This document shows, in pieces, positions 1 to 10,309 of a DNA stretch of 64,000 nucleotides (the first letter of the stretch is position 1; each line of letters starts with the position of its first letter). The DNA comes from a virus. Location of the stretch: positions 1-64,000 of the IMG/VR virus record IMGVR_UViG_3300036939_000049. One strand, given 5' to 3'. Position numbers and translations under genes: made by a program. The notes beneath the pieces were generated by a model. The model was given only the letters and a program-made list of their open reading frames with translations. It was not told the origin of the DNA and searched no databases.

Positions 1-12
1 GCGGATAACGCA

Positions 13-636
13 TCAGCTATAAATATCAAAGTCTTCTACCCGTCTTAGTAACGGCTCTTGTCCACGCACACCGTTAGATTCACCAAGTCTAGAAGTTAAT
101 TGATTTTTAAAATTACCGAATATCATGCCTTTGTTGTTGACCGTATCCAGTGAACGAGATCGCGGAACTTCTCCTTCTAAAAACACAGACTGCATTGGCT
201 CAAACCCTTGCGGAGTTTGTAATCCAGGAATAACAATATTGTGTCCAACGGTAAGCATCAGCAACAAATTATTGGCTATGGTATCGTTGCTGCCCGAACC
301 TGTACCGGGAGCAGAACCCAAACTAGGGGCGGGCTCTTGCTCTAATAATCGACGCTTGAGTTCTGCGACAATTTTATTGTTAGCAATCTTAGCCAGTACG
401 GCTTTCGTACTATCCACAATTAACTTTAGCGGTAGCTCATAAATCTGTCCTAATATTCGAGTAATCTCTGCTTCTTCCATCCACGCCACATCGTCAATCA
501 AGGCGCGACTAACAATTTTTTTACCGTAGTAATCATGCGCTTCATCCCCATTAAATTGTGCTACCCCTTCTAAGTACAAATGCGGGAGCATATTGGCAAT
601 TTGCTCAATGGTTGTGTATTTAAATTGATAAACCAT
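13..636 (-). CDS. Head-tail adaptor, Mu gp36/DUF1320-like
   Basis: EAEITRILGQIYELPL resembles the gp36-family A-x-x-E-I-D-x-x-L-x-x-x-Y-x-L-P-L signature; lies downstream of the capsid gene. Confidence 0.55.
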   Translation of the reverse strand: MVYQFKYTTIEQIANMLPHLYLEGVAQFNGDEAHDYYGKKIVSRALIDDVAWMEEAEITRILGQIYELPLKLIVDSTKAVLAKIANNKIVAELKRRLLEQEPAPSLGSAPGTGSGSNDTIANNLLLMLTVGHNIVIPGLQTPQGFEPMQSVFLEGEVPRSRSLDTVNNKGMIFGNFKNQLTSRLGESNGVRGQEPLLRRVEDFDIYS

Positions 637-1112
637 CAGCGAAATCCCCTCCTCGCTCGACCTGCTATTGCACTCAACCTGTCTAACCGCCTTAAGCTAG
701 AATCCGTTCGTCCTATCTTTTGGGCATACTCTTTTGCTGCGGCTAAGCTTCTTACACCTCCTGCATAACTCCTAAATATCTTGGCTACAGACTCACCACG
801 CCTTAAGTGTTGGTCAAGCTTTCCTTGCCCCCGTAAAGCCGCGCTGATATTGGCACGATGTGCCTTACTAAGACGCTTCTTCTTGAACACCGTAAGTCGT
901 CGTTCGCCTGCAAAAGGGGTAGGAACTTTTGGAGCCATCACGCTTCTTGCTTTACCCCAACCCGCAGCTAACGCCCCAACCCCCGCTGTCTGAATTAATG
1001 CGTCTCGAACTTGTCCACCCACGTGACCTGCCGCCCCTCTCGCACGCCGACCTAATCGCCGCATTCTCCTGCGGTTTTTGAATCGTTGAATACGGGCGCG
1101 TATGGGATTCAT
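636..1112 (-). CDS. Arg-rich basic protein with a NUMOD3-like motif; candidate internal virion protein
   Basis: Very high R/K content, Gly-rich hydrophobic segment AGVGALAAGWG, KKRLSKAHRANISAALRG; its stop overlaps the next start in the head operon. Confidence 0.55.
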   Translation of the reverse strand: MNPIRARIQRFKNRRRMRRLGRRARGAAGHVGGQVRDALIQTAGVGALAAGWGKARSVMAPKVPTPFAGERRLTVFKKKRLSKAHRANISAALRGQGKLDQHLRRGESVAKIFRSYAGGVRSLAAAKEYAQKIGRTDSSLRRLDRLSAIAGRARRGFR

Positions 1113-1124
1113 AAATTACGCACC

Positions 1125-1406
1125 CTAACTTTTGGTTGTTGTTGTCGTAGTCTTAGTGACAGCCACGGGCGTTACTTCAGACGTAATTACTGTGCCGCCA
1201 CCATACATAGGTGGAGTCCAGTCCTTCTGAACTTTAGGGACAGGTCGCTCCCTTACAAAGTCCGGCTTCCGAAAGTCAGCAGGGATTTGCCCCAGTCGGT
1301 AAGTAAAATAGGCGTCGCTGGGGTAGTAGTTGTACGACGAACCAGATTTAGCGTAAAACCCTTTTTGAATGATAACTATTGCGTTTTCATCATTTAAATC
1401 GACCAT
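1125..1406 (-). CDS. Hypothetical protein in head operon
   Basis: 93-aa ORF tightly packed after the capsid gene, with GGAG upstream. Confidence 0.55.
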   Translation of the reverse strand: MVDLNDENAIVIIQKGFYAKSGSSYNYYPSDAYFTYRLGQIPADFRKPDFVRERPVPKVQKDWTPPMYGGGTVITSEVTPVAVTKTTTTTTKS

Positions 1407-1425
1407 TGCAATACTCCGCTACAAA

Positions 1426-2634
1426 TTAAGCTGCACGACTTTGCCGCATTTCAGGCAGATTTAAGACTTCTCTGCTGTACAGTTTTTGGGGCTTCAGGAA
1501 CACCGGTAATACGCTACCAATCCCTTCTGTTTGATCGCGCACCGGACGCATTTGTTTTTCATAGGTAATCACATTGAATCCGGTGGCAAAGTCACCCTCT
1601 ACCGTGGGACCAATGAGCTGCTCACCCATTCCCTTCATCAAGAAGATGATGCGTCCATCATGGGTGAATCTCACCTTGCGCTTCTTCTGTCGCTGAACAC
1701 CGTTTTCCATTACCCAATGGGTTTCGGTGAACTGCTCGTCATTTTCTATATAGCCAGGAAGCTCCAAGCGTTCCATCAAGTCACGTAGCTGATTTTTGGT
1801 AATCATGTCTACGCCTTGGATTACCAATCCCTGCATGTTAACTGTGCTCATCTTTCTCAAGACTGAGCGGCAGTTCATGATTTTGGTGGTAATTCCCCCA
1901 CTCCACATATAGGAATCAGGCTTGCTACCGTCATTGGAATCTTTATAAATTTCATTCCACTCTTGGAGGTCTTCTAGTGGCGTCGCAGTTTCAGACTGAT
2001 CCCATGCCTTAGCTGTACCTGCAAGGCTAGGAGGAAAGTGCGCCAGACGCCCTTGCGGATCATGCCCCCAATCCGCCTCTGGGTCACGATAATCAATGCT
2101 TTGCGAAACGTTAGTCAGAGGGGACACGTACCCGGTAATGTGTCCATACTGTAGGCACTGATACGTGAGAAACTTTAAGGCATCAAATAAAGATTTGGTA
2201 ATGGTTTCGTAATTGCCAAACAACATCTTGGCAAAAGCTGGAGCGGAACCCCGAATTACACCACCATTAGCTGCCACTTCGTCGAAAAACTCGATACCCT
2301 TGGCTTGTGCCATTTGCAGGGCTTTTCGCATTTCGATTTGCTTTTGCTTGTCATACGCGATCGCAAGGGCTACTTCAAATAAACTGTAGGTTAGTTTTCG
2401 TAGTTCACCTTGTTCGATGAGAGGAACTTCTTGACCAACGCCTATCATCTGCGCGATCGGCGCTAACTGCTCAATGTAGTGTTGAAGTTCTTCAAAATCT
2501 TCTATGTAGCGAATATCTACAAATCCAGAAAGATGATCTTCCCGTTTCATGATGGCAGATGCCGTCTCATCAACGGTAATCTGCGACATCCTGTGGGCTT
2601 TATACTCTTCTAATACTGTGGCGATTAAGCCCAT
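1426..2634 (-). CDS. Major capsid protein (lambda gpE-like family)
   Basis: 402 aa; WDQSETATPLEDLQEW matches the W-x5-TP-[LI]-x-D-[LI] motif of capsid protein E; follows protease, scaffold and decoration genes; strong AGGAG RBS. Confidence 0.8.
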   Translation of the reverse strand: MGLIATVLEEYKAHRMSQITVDETASAIMKREDHLSGFVDIRYIEDFEELQHYIEQLAPIAQMIGVGQEVPLIEQGELRKLTYSLFEVALAIAYDKQKQIEMRKALQMAQAKGIEFFDEVAANGGVIRGSAPAFAKMLFGNYETITKSLFDALKFLTYQCLQYGHITGYVSPLTNVSQSIDYRDPEADWGHDPQGRLAHFPPSLAGTAKAWDQSETATPLEDLQEWNEIYKDSNDGSKPDSYMWSGGITTKIMNCRSVLRKMSTVNMQGLVIQGVDMITKNQLRDLMERLELPGYIENDEQFTETHWVMENGVQRQKKRKVRFTHDGRIIFLMKGMGEQLIGPTVEGDFATGFNVITYEKQMRPVRDQTEGIGSVLPVFLKPQKLYSREVLNLPEMRQSRAA

Positions 2635-2671
2635 TTTTCTTTTCTCCTCTCTCCTTTATTCGCTATTTGTT

Positions 2672-3544
2672 TTAGTTAAAAGCAGGGATAAAACTGGTAT
2701 CCGGTCGCAAATTAGACAAATGGTTAATACGAATTCCTTCCCGCCAATAAGGCATGTCTTTGACGTAAATACTGGCTTGCTCAATGGCTGTTAACGCTTT
2801 AGAGTCTGCGTGCATCCAATTTTCTGCGTGGGGATGATAGCCAAGTATTCGAGCAACGGGCATTCCTACGTTGACGCCCACAGGAACTGGGAAAGGCACA
2901 TTCGCTTCTAGCGTTACTGTTCCATCACGCCCGATACTGGCAATCTTGCCAATTCGAGTTAACGGTGCCATACCTTGGGTTGGAGTCTTGGTAACAGTGC
3001 CAGTACTCACTGTTATGACCAAGTTGTAATTCGCTTCAGTATCTTTTGCGAAAACATAGAGTTCCGCGTCTCGGTTGGTCACCATCAAGTGACTACCCAA
3101 ATACGGGTCTTTATGGATAAATTCCCGTAAGTCAATCGCTAACTGAGCAGGGGATAAACCGAAAGTTCCTTCCCACGTGTAAGTAACGTCGTAGCCATTA
3201 ACTTGGAATCGGAAAGTAGCGTTTTGAGTAACACCCGTCAACGCAAGCCGCACCATCGGTTCGATGAAAAAAAGCTCATCACCCTGGGCGAATACTTGCT
3301 CTAATACAAGCTTTCCAGTTTTTTCTAGGAAGGCTTCCTCTACTTTCGATTCAGGTAAGTATGCTCCTCGCCCGTCTTTGAGGAAGCAGACGAATAGGTG
3401 TGACGGGTATTCCCAGTCTCCTCTGCGATTAAGCGAAAGACGATCATCCCTCATAATGGTGACCGCATTGGGGGTGCGCCAACCTTCTCCACGTGCAGCG
3501 GGAGGTGGTCCAGAATAACTATTGCGATGACGAGAAAACGACAT
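2672..3544 (-). CDS. Putative head decoration protein
   Basis: Position between scaffold and capsid genes; beta-rich 290 aa. Confidence 0.5.
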   Translation of the reverse strand: MSFSRHRNSYSGPPPAARGEGWRTPNAVTIMRDDRLSLNRRGDWEYPSHLFVCFLKDGRGAYLPESKVEEAFLEKTGKLVLEQVFAQGDELFFIEPMVRLALTGVTQNATFRFQVNGYDVTYTWEGTFGLSPAQLAIDLREFIHKDPYLGSHLMVTNRDAELYVFAKDTEANYNLVITVSTGTVTKTPTQGMAPLTRIGKIASIGRDGTVTLEANVPFPVPVGVNVGMPVARILGYHPHAENWMHADSKALTAIEQASIYVKDMPYWREGIRINHLSNLRPDTSFIPAFN

Positions 3545-3562
3545 AATCTAAAAGTTGAAAAT

Positions 3563-4687
3563 TTAATTGCGACCTAGCATGTGCAAAATATTGCGACGCG
3601 CTTGAACTTCTAGGGCGTCTATTTCGCTTAGCTCCTCAGCGCTAAACTCAGCCTCATGACTCAGCATCTGAGGCGAGTAAAGCGGTGTACCACCTTCCGC
3701 AAACTCAGCAAACATCTCAATCGTTCGCGCTTTGTGCGCTAACTCCGAGGCATAATCTGTGCCATTTTGCTCACAGCACATCGAAAAACCCGCAAAGCGA
3801 TCGCGTTCAGATTCCCAGCGCCCAAATTCCCGTTCAAACACGGCATAGGGCATAACGCCCATTTGCACTAAATCTGAAGCCTGCCGCTCCAAATCATCTA
3901 AAGCTTCACTGACATCTTGAGTGGTACGGGCTTGACTGAACTCTGCTTGCAGACGCTGATTTTGGCGGCGCTGATATAAGACTTCTTCTTCTAGAGCACC
4001 CACCGCGTCAACAATGGGGTCATCGTAGTAGTCTTCATCGTCGCCTTCGTACCCGCCCATCAAGACGTAGTAGTCCTCTTCAATGCCTTGATATTGCAGA
4101 GCAATTTCATCAAAGAGTTCTTCGGCTTGTTCCTCGGAGATTTCTCCGTTTTCAAAGAGTTCCTCAATGGCATCGCAGTCATTTTCTAGTTCCGCGATCG
4201 CGACATCGACGACCTCATCAAGTTCTTCAGGAGAAAGCTGCTCCAAAATAGCAATACCTTCTTCTTCAACTTCCTCAAGATCGTCTTCGTCTAACTCTTC
4301 GTCATCATCAAGAAGTTCATCTTCCGGGATATCTTCTAGGTCGGCTACTTCATCAAGAAGTGCTTCTAAATATTCCCGTTCGCTTTGGTAAAGGTCTTCG
4401 GCTTCCTCTTGAGTAAGAATACCTTCCTCTACGTCATCCAAGAGAGAGGCTTCAACAGTTCCAAGAATATCCTCAAGGGCTTCAATATCTCCCTCAAGCG
4501 CTAGTTCCTCAATGATGCTGTCGCCTTCTTCCTCTTCTTCGGGACTGAGTTCCTCGTAATACTCATCCTCAATCTCTTCGTATTCTTCCAGATTAGGACT
4601 GACAACAGCGGCATCAAAATTAGCAGTGCGAGAGAAAGTAGCTAACTTATTTTGCAAATGAGTTGATCGTCTATCGTGAAATTGCAT
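3563..4687 (-). CDS. Acidic capsid scaffolding protein
   Basis: Extremely Glu/Asp-rich helical protein between protease and capsid genes. Confidence 0.65.
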   Translation of the reverse strand: MQFHDRRSTHLQNKLATFSRTANFDAAVVSPNLEEYEEIEDEYYEELSPEEEEEGDSIIEELALEGDIEALEDILGTVEASLLDDVEEGILTQEEAEDLYQSEREYLEALLDEVADLEDIPEDELLDDDEELDEDDLEEVEEEGIAILEQLSPEELDEVVDVAIAELENDCDAIEELFENGEISEEQAEELFDEIALQYQGIEEDYYVLMGGYEGDDEDYYDDPIVDAVGALEEEVLYQRRQNQRLQAEFSQARTTQDVSEALDDLERQASDLVQMGVMPYAVFEREFGRWESERDRFAGFSMCCEQNGTDYASELAHKARTIEMFAEFAEGGTPLYSPQMLSHEAEFSAEELSEIDALEVQARRNILHMLGRN

Positions 4688-4698
4688 AAAGCATCACC

Positions 4699-5160
4699 TT
4701 AATCAATTGGAATTGAGCGAGGTGCTCCTACTGATGCGCCACCCGTGATAGGAATGTTTCTTCTCGCTCGTTTACCAGCATTTCTACGACGCTTAGGTGC
4801 GATTCGTTCAGCCGCTCTATTCAAGCCAATTGCCGCTCTGCCGCCCACATTGGCAACGCTGTTACCCGCACCAGTCATCCCCCCAGCAATGCCTCTACGC
4901 ACATGTCCAATATCTGCACCTAATCTGCGCGTGTTAAGCCCTATACGACCTCCTGGCAGGCGTCCATAACGAGAAGCTGCAAGTCCTGCGGCTGCTACAC
5001 CAGCTAAACCCCCAATCCGAGCTGCACGACCTGCTGTAGTGCGACCTAAAATTGCGCTACCTTTCCCTTTTCCGCGACGACCACGGCCTCGTCTCCGAGC
5101 AAAATTAGCCGTACCGCCACCGTACATCGCATACGCAGCTTGCGCCATTGTTATTGCCAC
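4699..5160 (-). CDS. Arg/Gly-rich basic protein; candidate DNA-condensing or internal protein
   Basis: TANF followed by ARRRGRGRRGKGKG; hydrophobic GLAGVAAAGLAA; overlaps the protease stop. Confidence 0.6.
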   Translation of the reverse strand: MAITMAQAAYAMYGGGTANFARRRGRGRRGKGKGSAILGRTTAGRAARIGGLAGVAAAGLAASRYGRLPGGRIGLNTRRLGADIGHVRRGIAGGMTGAGNSVANVGGRAAIGLNRAAERIAPKRRRNAGKRARRNIPITGGASVGAPRSIPID

Positions 5161-6116
5161 AAAGCATTCCTCCTAAATTTCCGTTTAATTTGGCAGCGTT
5201 TAAATGAGGCAAGGGTTGACGCCCTTGCCATTTGGACAGGCTTTTGCACTAATGCTTGTGCTTTACTTTTTGAATCGGGTGCGCCTGATGCTGGAGCCTG
5301 TTCCTCAGTCATGGGTTCAGACAAGCCCACTGTGTTTGAAAGCTTTGCCATCAACCCTTCCAATGCCTCAACCTGCAATTGTTCTGGGTCACGTCCCTGC
5401 AATTCTTCGTCTGATGCCATCGAGATTTGAGATGCCATCTCCCACCACATATTGAAGTGTTCGCTAGCCTCCTCATACGCAGCATCTTCATCCCAAGACT
5501 CTTGTTCTGCTTCGTCCCAAGTCAGGGCAAACTTAGCGGACTGTGATGTCTTTTTTTTGAAAATTCTCAAACCCGGAATTGCCGGCGTTGGTGTCGCTGA
5601 GATCTCTTTAATTACATCAACAGCAACGTCTAGTCCTGGTGATAGGGTAGAAATAACACCATCTGTGATTTTTTGGACGACATCTTTACCCTTCCCTACC
5701 AAGCGATCCGCAAAAATCCCTAACTTGCCAACAAGGTGTGGTAAGCCGGGAACATCTTTTGGACGCACTTTGCGAACCTCTAAGTGCCCGTCTAAGTCGC
5801 CAATGGTTGACCACTGCGTTTTCTGGTGGTCGGTAAGCCAAGGAATTCGATTGCCTTTGCTAAACCATGTATTTGTATTTTCAGCAATAGACAGCACCCT
5901 ATCTTTCGAGAAAAAATGAGGGCGTCCCATTGAATCTTCGTGGTGCCCTTCGACAAGAACCAACGCCTTTTTGACCGCGATCGCGTCCTCGCCTTCTGGC
6001 TCAAATGCAGAGGCGTCTAACAATGCAGACTCAAAATAGCGAACGTCTTCTCGTCGTCGCGGCGTAGAGACGGATATCCGATCTCTACCCTTTCCGCGCT
6101 TGGTAAGGGTAGCCAC
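5151..6116 (-). CDS. Prohead maturation protease (Mu gpI/HK97-like)
   Basis: PWLTDH (catalytic His), STLSPG (catalytic Ser) and EISATPTPAIPG motifs; first gene of the head operon. Confidence 0.7.
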   Translation of the reverse strand: MATLTKRGKGRDRISVSTPRRREDVRYFESALLDASAFEPEGEDAIAVKKALVLVEGHHEDSMGRPHFFSKDRVLSIAENTNTWFSKGNRIPWLTDHQKTQWSTIGDLDGHLEVRKVRPKDVPGLPHLVGKLGIFADRLVGKGKDVVQKITDGVISTLSPGLDVAVDVIKEISATPTPAIPGLRIFKKKTSQSAKFALTWDEAEQESWDEDAAYEEASEHFNMWWEMASQISMASDEELQGRDPEQLQVEALEGLMAKLSNTVGLSEPMTEEQAPASGAPDSKSKAQALVQKPVQMARASTLASFKRCQIKRKFRRNALWQ

Positions 6117-6201
6117 AATGGTTACTTCATAAGGATTACACCAGCTATGCTACCTTTGTGTATAGGACGACGAAACTGTTAGTGTAAAGACTCTACCGTT
6201 T

Positions 6202-6474
6202 GTGCAAAATACACACCACTTGTGCAAAATGCGCGGCATTCAAAACCCTTTAGTCAATGAACAGCAGAGAGTAGACTTTTTGCAAAAGGTATCTCGAAAC
6301 CTAAGAATTGCTAGAGTGTCGGCAAAACTAGACTCTCAATGTAAGGCGGCTGAAGTAGTAGGTTGCTCTCGCGATCGCATCACTAGAGCTGAAGGGGGAA
6401 AAGACATTAAAATCTCAGATTTACTGGAGTATGCGATCGCGTATGGTTGTGATATCAAAAAGTTTTTTGAGTAA
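6202..6474 (+). CDS. XRE-family HTH regulator
   Basis: LRIARVSAKLDSQCKAAEVVGCSRDRITRAEGG HTH pattern. Confidence 0.75.
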   Translation: MQNTHHLCKMRGIQNPLVNEQQRVDFLQKVSRNLRIARVSAKLDSQCKAAEVVGCSRDRITRAEGGKDIKISDLLEYAIAYGCDIKKFFE

Positions 6475-6476
6475 CA

Positions 6477-6908
6477 CTAAGGTAATCGTCCTCGGTCGTA
6501 GTGCCTTGTGTTTCTCAAGTTATACGCTCCTTGATGCGTATCTCGATAATGATCCCACGCATTCCAGTTCTTGCGCGATCGCGATCTTCCTCCGGGCTTT
6601 CCTAGCCGAACCGTGCGTTCAACTAAGGGAGAAGCAGGGTAGTACTCACGCCCTTTACCAGGTACGTGAACAATAGCACCGCTATGCACGACTCTTGTAA
6701 TAGGCTTGATGCTAGAAATACGGGTAGATTGAACAGACGCAAAAGGTTGTGACTGAATACTGGAAGCTTTGAGATGCGATAGTGGCAGGGATTTTCGCGC
6801 TAAAGTCACGCTACCAGCTACTAGCCCAAGAGCACCGACACCAATTCCTAGTAACGGTAAATTCCGCCGTTTGCGTTGTTGTTTTTTATGATTCCGTAGT
6901 AGCGTCAT
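6477..6908 (-). CDS. Basic protein with Gly-rich hydrophobic segment
   Basis: KKQQRKRR then LLGIGVGALGLVAG; same design as neighbouring basic proteins. Confidence 0.5.
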   Translation of the reverse strand: MTLLRNHKKQQRKRRNLPLLGIGVGALGLVAGSVTLARKSLPLSHLKASSIQSQPFASVQSTRISSIKPITRVVHSGAIVHVPGKGREYYPASPLVERTVRLGKPGGRSRSRKNWNAWDHYRDTHQGAYNLRNTRHYDRGRLP

Positions 6909-6929
6909 AGATATATATTTTTTGTCAAT

Positions 6930-7697
6930 ATGCTATCCAGTCCTTTCGCTAGGCAACGAGTCCGACAATTACAACAACTAGCTCGATACCATCAAAGAGC
7001 AGAGTTTGCCTTTGGTAGACGTAAACGCCAGAAAGCAAAAACCAGGCGTCGGCTCATGGTAAGTGCAGGGATACTGGGTGGGGGATTAGGGCTGACAGGT
7101 CTAATCGGAACGCTAGCAAAACGAGGCAGTAAAAGCAGTTCGAGTATTTCATCCCCTACAATATCCAGTGTAAGCCCAAAGAATATAACCAATCAATCTT
7201 CAGTATCTAGTGTAGGTACATCGAGGCAAAAGACCCCAAGTCTACCAAGCCAAAAATCAAAATCTATAGAATTTGAGCCTATAGCAATCAAACGAGCAAC
7301 AGGCGCAAGAAAAAGAGAGATTAAAGCCCAGATTGTTGCAGAGCGAAAAGCTGCTTATTTAGGCGGAAAAACAGTAGCTGACATTAAAAGGAACAAGAAA
7401 AAATATCGCAACACCCAGAATGTATTAAAGCGTCGAATAGCCTTAGGCGGCGAAGGAAATGCATTAAGGAATTTACAGTCAGAACGTCAAGATATAAGGC
7501 GCGCTATTGCCAATCGAGAGTATAGCAATAGAAAAGAACTTAGGAAACTAGGACGTAATTATGCAAGAACTAGCGAAAAAATTACTAATGCCAAGACAGA
7601 TGTCAGTCGAAGGCGCAATTCTGATTGGCACCGTCGCCTAGACGCCGCCGAAGCTTATTTAATAGCCAATGGGAGAGGCGCGAAAAAAACCTATTAA
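6930..7697 (+). CDS. Arg/Lys-rich basic protein upstream of portal
   Basis: RAEF then AFGRRKRQK; hydrophobic GILGGGLGLTGLIG; its TAA overlaps the portal ATG. Confidence 0.6.
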   Translation: MLSSPFARQRVRQLQQLARYHQRAEFAFGRRKRQKAKTRRRLMVSAGILGGGLGLTGLIGTLAKRGSKSSSSISSPTISSVSPKNITNQSSVSSVGTSRQKTPSLPSQKSKSIEFEPIAIKRATGARKREIKAQIVAERKAAYLGGKTVADIKRNKKKYRNTQNVLKRRIALGGEGNALRNLQSERQDIRRAIANREYSNRKELRKLGRNYARTSEKITNAKTDVSRRRNSDWHRRLDAAEAYLIANGRGAKKTY

Positions 7698-9139
7698 TGA
7701 CATATTCTTACTTTCCTCACAGAGCGCCTCGAAAGGGTAATGTTCTTCGGCATCCGACAAGCAGTGCGATGTCGGCAGGTTTGTATAGCAACCCGATCGC
7801 GCGACTCACCGCCGAAACCGTACAAGAGCTAAGCTGGCGTCCGGCAAAGGATAAACTGCGGGGGAAAGACTTCAAAAAACACACCTTGGATGATTACGCC
7901 GAGGTGCTGTTACTGGATGAAGTTATTAAATTTTGTTTTAAGTTAGTTGAACTGCGGGCCCGTGAAGCGTTTGGGACATACTCTCACGGCGATGAGAAAA
8001 TTACTGAATTTATCCGAGGAACCATCGCTGACATGGATGGAACCTTAGAGGAATTCGTAGGTATCGCCTGTGCGATCGCGTTTTACTTCGGTTTTTTTAC
8101 CGCAGAGATTGGTTGGAAATATAACACTCCTGGGTTTTACAAGCAGATGCGCTTAAAGCAGTTGCTGCCACATTCACCCTTAACCACACGCTTCAAGGGT
8201 AATCGTGATGGTTTGTTCAGGGTTGTTGATCGATCTGGTGGCGGGAAAGCAATTGAAATTCCTTACCAGAAGTGCATTCATTTGGTTAATCGCGACCCAG
8301 TTGACCCGACCAGTCCTTATGGGAATGGTGCAGGAGCAACGACGGTAGGCTTATTTAAAGCCAAGAGAACTTGTCTTAGTGAGTGGATTGTTGCTGGGAA
8401 AAATCAAAGCTCTGGTTTGTGGATCGTTCAAGCTAACACGTCTGATAGTGTTGTACTCACTGACCATAACGGTCGAGCACTGCAAGAGAATGGACGCGAT
8501 CGCGTAGTCAGTGCAATTGAAAATGCCCGTTCTCAGCTAGAAGACTTTGACAAAAACAATTTTCTTGTGATGGACAAAGCTTACAGCATTAATTGGCAGG
8601 CAATGCCCACCGATACAGCTTTCTTTCAGACGGTGCTTGATGGTATTGACAGGCGACTATTTATGTCGATGAATGTGCCATACCTCGTGGCTAACGAAGG
8701 TGTTGGAGGTGGATTTGGGTATTCAGGTGTAGCTTCACTACAAAGTATTAATTTAGATAGTCAGATTAGCGCCATTGTTAAACAGGTGCGCGACCAGATT
8801 CTTGAAAAAATCGTCAAGCCTTTACTATTTAGGAATTTTGCCCTCAAGCCTAAGCAAGGCTGGGGCAAGTTTGATGTGGAGAAAACTAACGACCCAGGTC
8901 AGGCCGGTGCGAAAATTCAGAATATACTTGCGGCTGTAGGTGCGGGCGCGTTGCCGCTCGATAATAGCGTTAGCAATATGTTGCGTGACTTACTGGGGCT
9001 ACCTAATCAGACCGAGGAGGAACGCCTCATCGCCATTCAAAAAGCCGTGGAAGTTCAACAAGCACAGCAAAACGGTGGTCAGCAACCTGCGGAACCCACC
9101 CCAAATGGCGATGAAGCGACAAAACAAAATTATCCCTGA
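7697..9139 (+). CDS. Portal protein (Mu gp29/DUF935-like)
   Basis: About 480 aa; AFYFGFFTAEIGW, SPYGNG, ILEKIVKPLLFRNF and LRDLLGLP match DUF935-type portals; start taken at ATG 7697. Confidence 0.75.
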   Translation: MTYSYFPHRAPRKGNVLRHPTSSAMSAGLYSNPIARLTAETVQELSWRPAKDKLRGKDFKKHTLDDYAEVLLLDEVIKFCFKLVELRAREAFGTYSHGDEKITEFIRGTIADMDGTLEEFVGIACAIAFYFGFFTAEIGWKYNTPGFYKQMRLKQLLPHSPLTTRFKGNRDGLFRVVDRSGGGKAIEIPYQKCIHLVNRDPVDPTSPYGNGAGATTVGLFKAKRTCLSEWIVAGKNQSSGLWIVQANTSDSVVLTDHNGRALQENGRDRVVSAIENARSQLEDFDKNNFLVMDKAYSINWQAMPTDTAFFQTVLDGIDRRLFMSMNVPYLVANEGVGGGFGYSGVASLQSINLDSQISAIVKQVRDQILEKIVKPLLFRNFALKPKQGWGKFDVEKTNDPGQAGAKIQNILAAVGAGALPLDNSVSNMLRDLLGLPNQTEEERLIAIQKAVEVQQAQQNGGQQPAEPTPNGDEATKQNYP

Positions 9140-9167
9140 TGTACACGAAAAGTTTACACGCCTCTAA

Positions 9168-9707
9168 ATGTCCAACCTCTTTGCTCCTAAATTAGTGTTC
9201 TTGTGTGCCCCAGATTTTGGGCAGTTTTGGCGCAAGCAGGGGTTAGAGGACTTGTTCTTGGGAGATACCCAAATTGTGTTGCGGTGCGATCGCGAAGACT
9301 ATCAAACCCCAGTACAAGGGGAGCGCAATGTCTTTGTAGATTATTTTGGTGGGGTTCGAGTACAGGTAGGAACGCAGCGGCTGACCTTTAAGGCGTCGAT
9401 TAAAGACCCGCGAGAAACAGCACTCATTATGATGACAGAGCTTGCCAAACCACCCGGCGGCAACCAGCAGGTTATTCTTACCTGCTACGACTACCACAGG
9501 CGGGTTGACCGAAACGATATGGTACGAGGCTTCCGGATCAGGCAAGGTATATTGCATGTAGACAGCGGGACGGGCACCTTGAGTCAGGGGTATATTCATT
9601 GCCCTAGTCGAATGGAAGTCGTGCCTGCTAATCGACAGTACTACACGCAAGGGTTTGGACTAGAGTTTATCGAGAAAGAACGAGATATTTGGAACCTTGG
9701 AGGCTAA
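9168..9707 (+). CDS. Hypothetical protein, possibly virion-associated
   Basis: 179-aa ORF in the portal operon. Confidence 0.5.
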   Translation: MSNLFAPKLVFLCAPDFGQFWRKQGLEDLFLGDTQIVLRCDREDYQTPVQGERNVFVDYFGGVRVQVGTQRLTFKASIKDPRETALIMMTELAKPPGGNQQVILTCYDYHRRVDRNDMVRGFRIRQGILHVDSGTGTLSQGYIHCPSRMEVVPANRQYYTQGFGLEFIEKERDIWNLGG

Positions 9708-9709
9708 AA

Positions 9710-10309
9710 ATGACGCATCCCCTTTATTTTATTGACACCGAATTTATTGAAGATGGGCGTAGGCGCACCATAGACTTAATCAGTATTGGTGTTGTTAGTG
9801 CCGACGGACGCGAGTACTACGCCTGTAATGACGACTGTGATTTATCAAAAGCTAACGATTGGGTAAAAGCAAACGTCATTCCAAGCTTACCTTCAAAACA
9901 CATCGGCACCAATCCAGGCGATCCAAGCGTGCATCCAAGTGTCAGAGACGATATTTTGAAATGGAAAACACGAGACGCGATCGCGCACGACATTCTAGAA
10001 TTTTGCTCTCCTGAAAAGTATGGAAACCCTATTTTTTGGGGGGAATGGGCGAGTTATGACTGGGTCGTATTCTGCTGGATCTTTGGCAACATGATAGATT
10101 TGCCCAAAAACTTCCCTATGAGGTGCAGGGATGTTATTCAGTGGGCAGAAGACCATCTTGGTATAAATGCACAGGATCTACCGTCTAGTCTAGAAACCGA
10201 AGGCAATCACAATGCATTATTAGGTGCGCGATCGGTAAAACGAAAATGGATGTACTGCTTAGATCTTGAGGTGGCTAAAGCCGAAGCGAGGGCACAGTCC
10301 AATGCCTGA
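9710..10309 (+). CDS. DEDD 3'-5' exoribonuclease (Rv2179c/RNase AS-like)
   Basis: FIDTEF, LISIGVV, WASYDWV and HNALLGA motifs; the last Asp of the usual HNAL-x-DA is Gly here. Confidence 0.8.
   Translation: MTHPLYFIDTEFIEDGRRRTIDLISIGVVSADGREYYACNDDCDLSKANDWVKANVIPSLPSKHIGTNPGDPSVHPSVRDDILKWKTRDAIAHDILEFCSPEKYGNPIFWGEWASYDWVVFCWIFGNMIDLPKNFPMRCRDVIQWAEDHLGINAQDLPSSLETEGNHNALLGARSVKRKWMYCLDLEVAKAEARAQSNA

Noticed and set aside
6337-6352. Partial match of the IscB-2 guide (caatgtaaggcgg) in the XRE gene
   Set aside because: TAM-proximal bases mismatch and no GTGG follows; likely chance.
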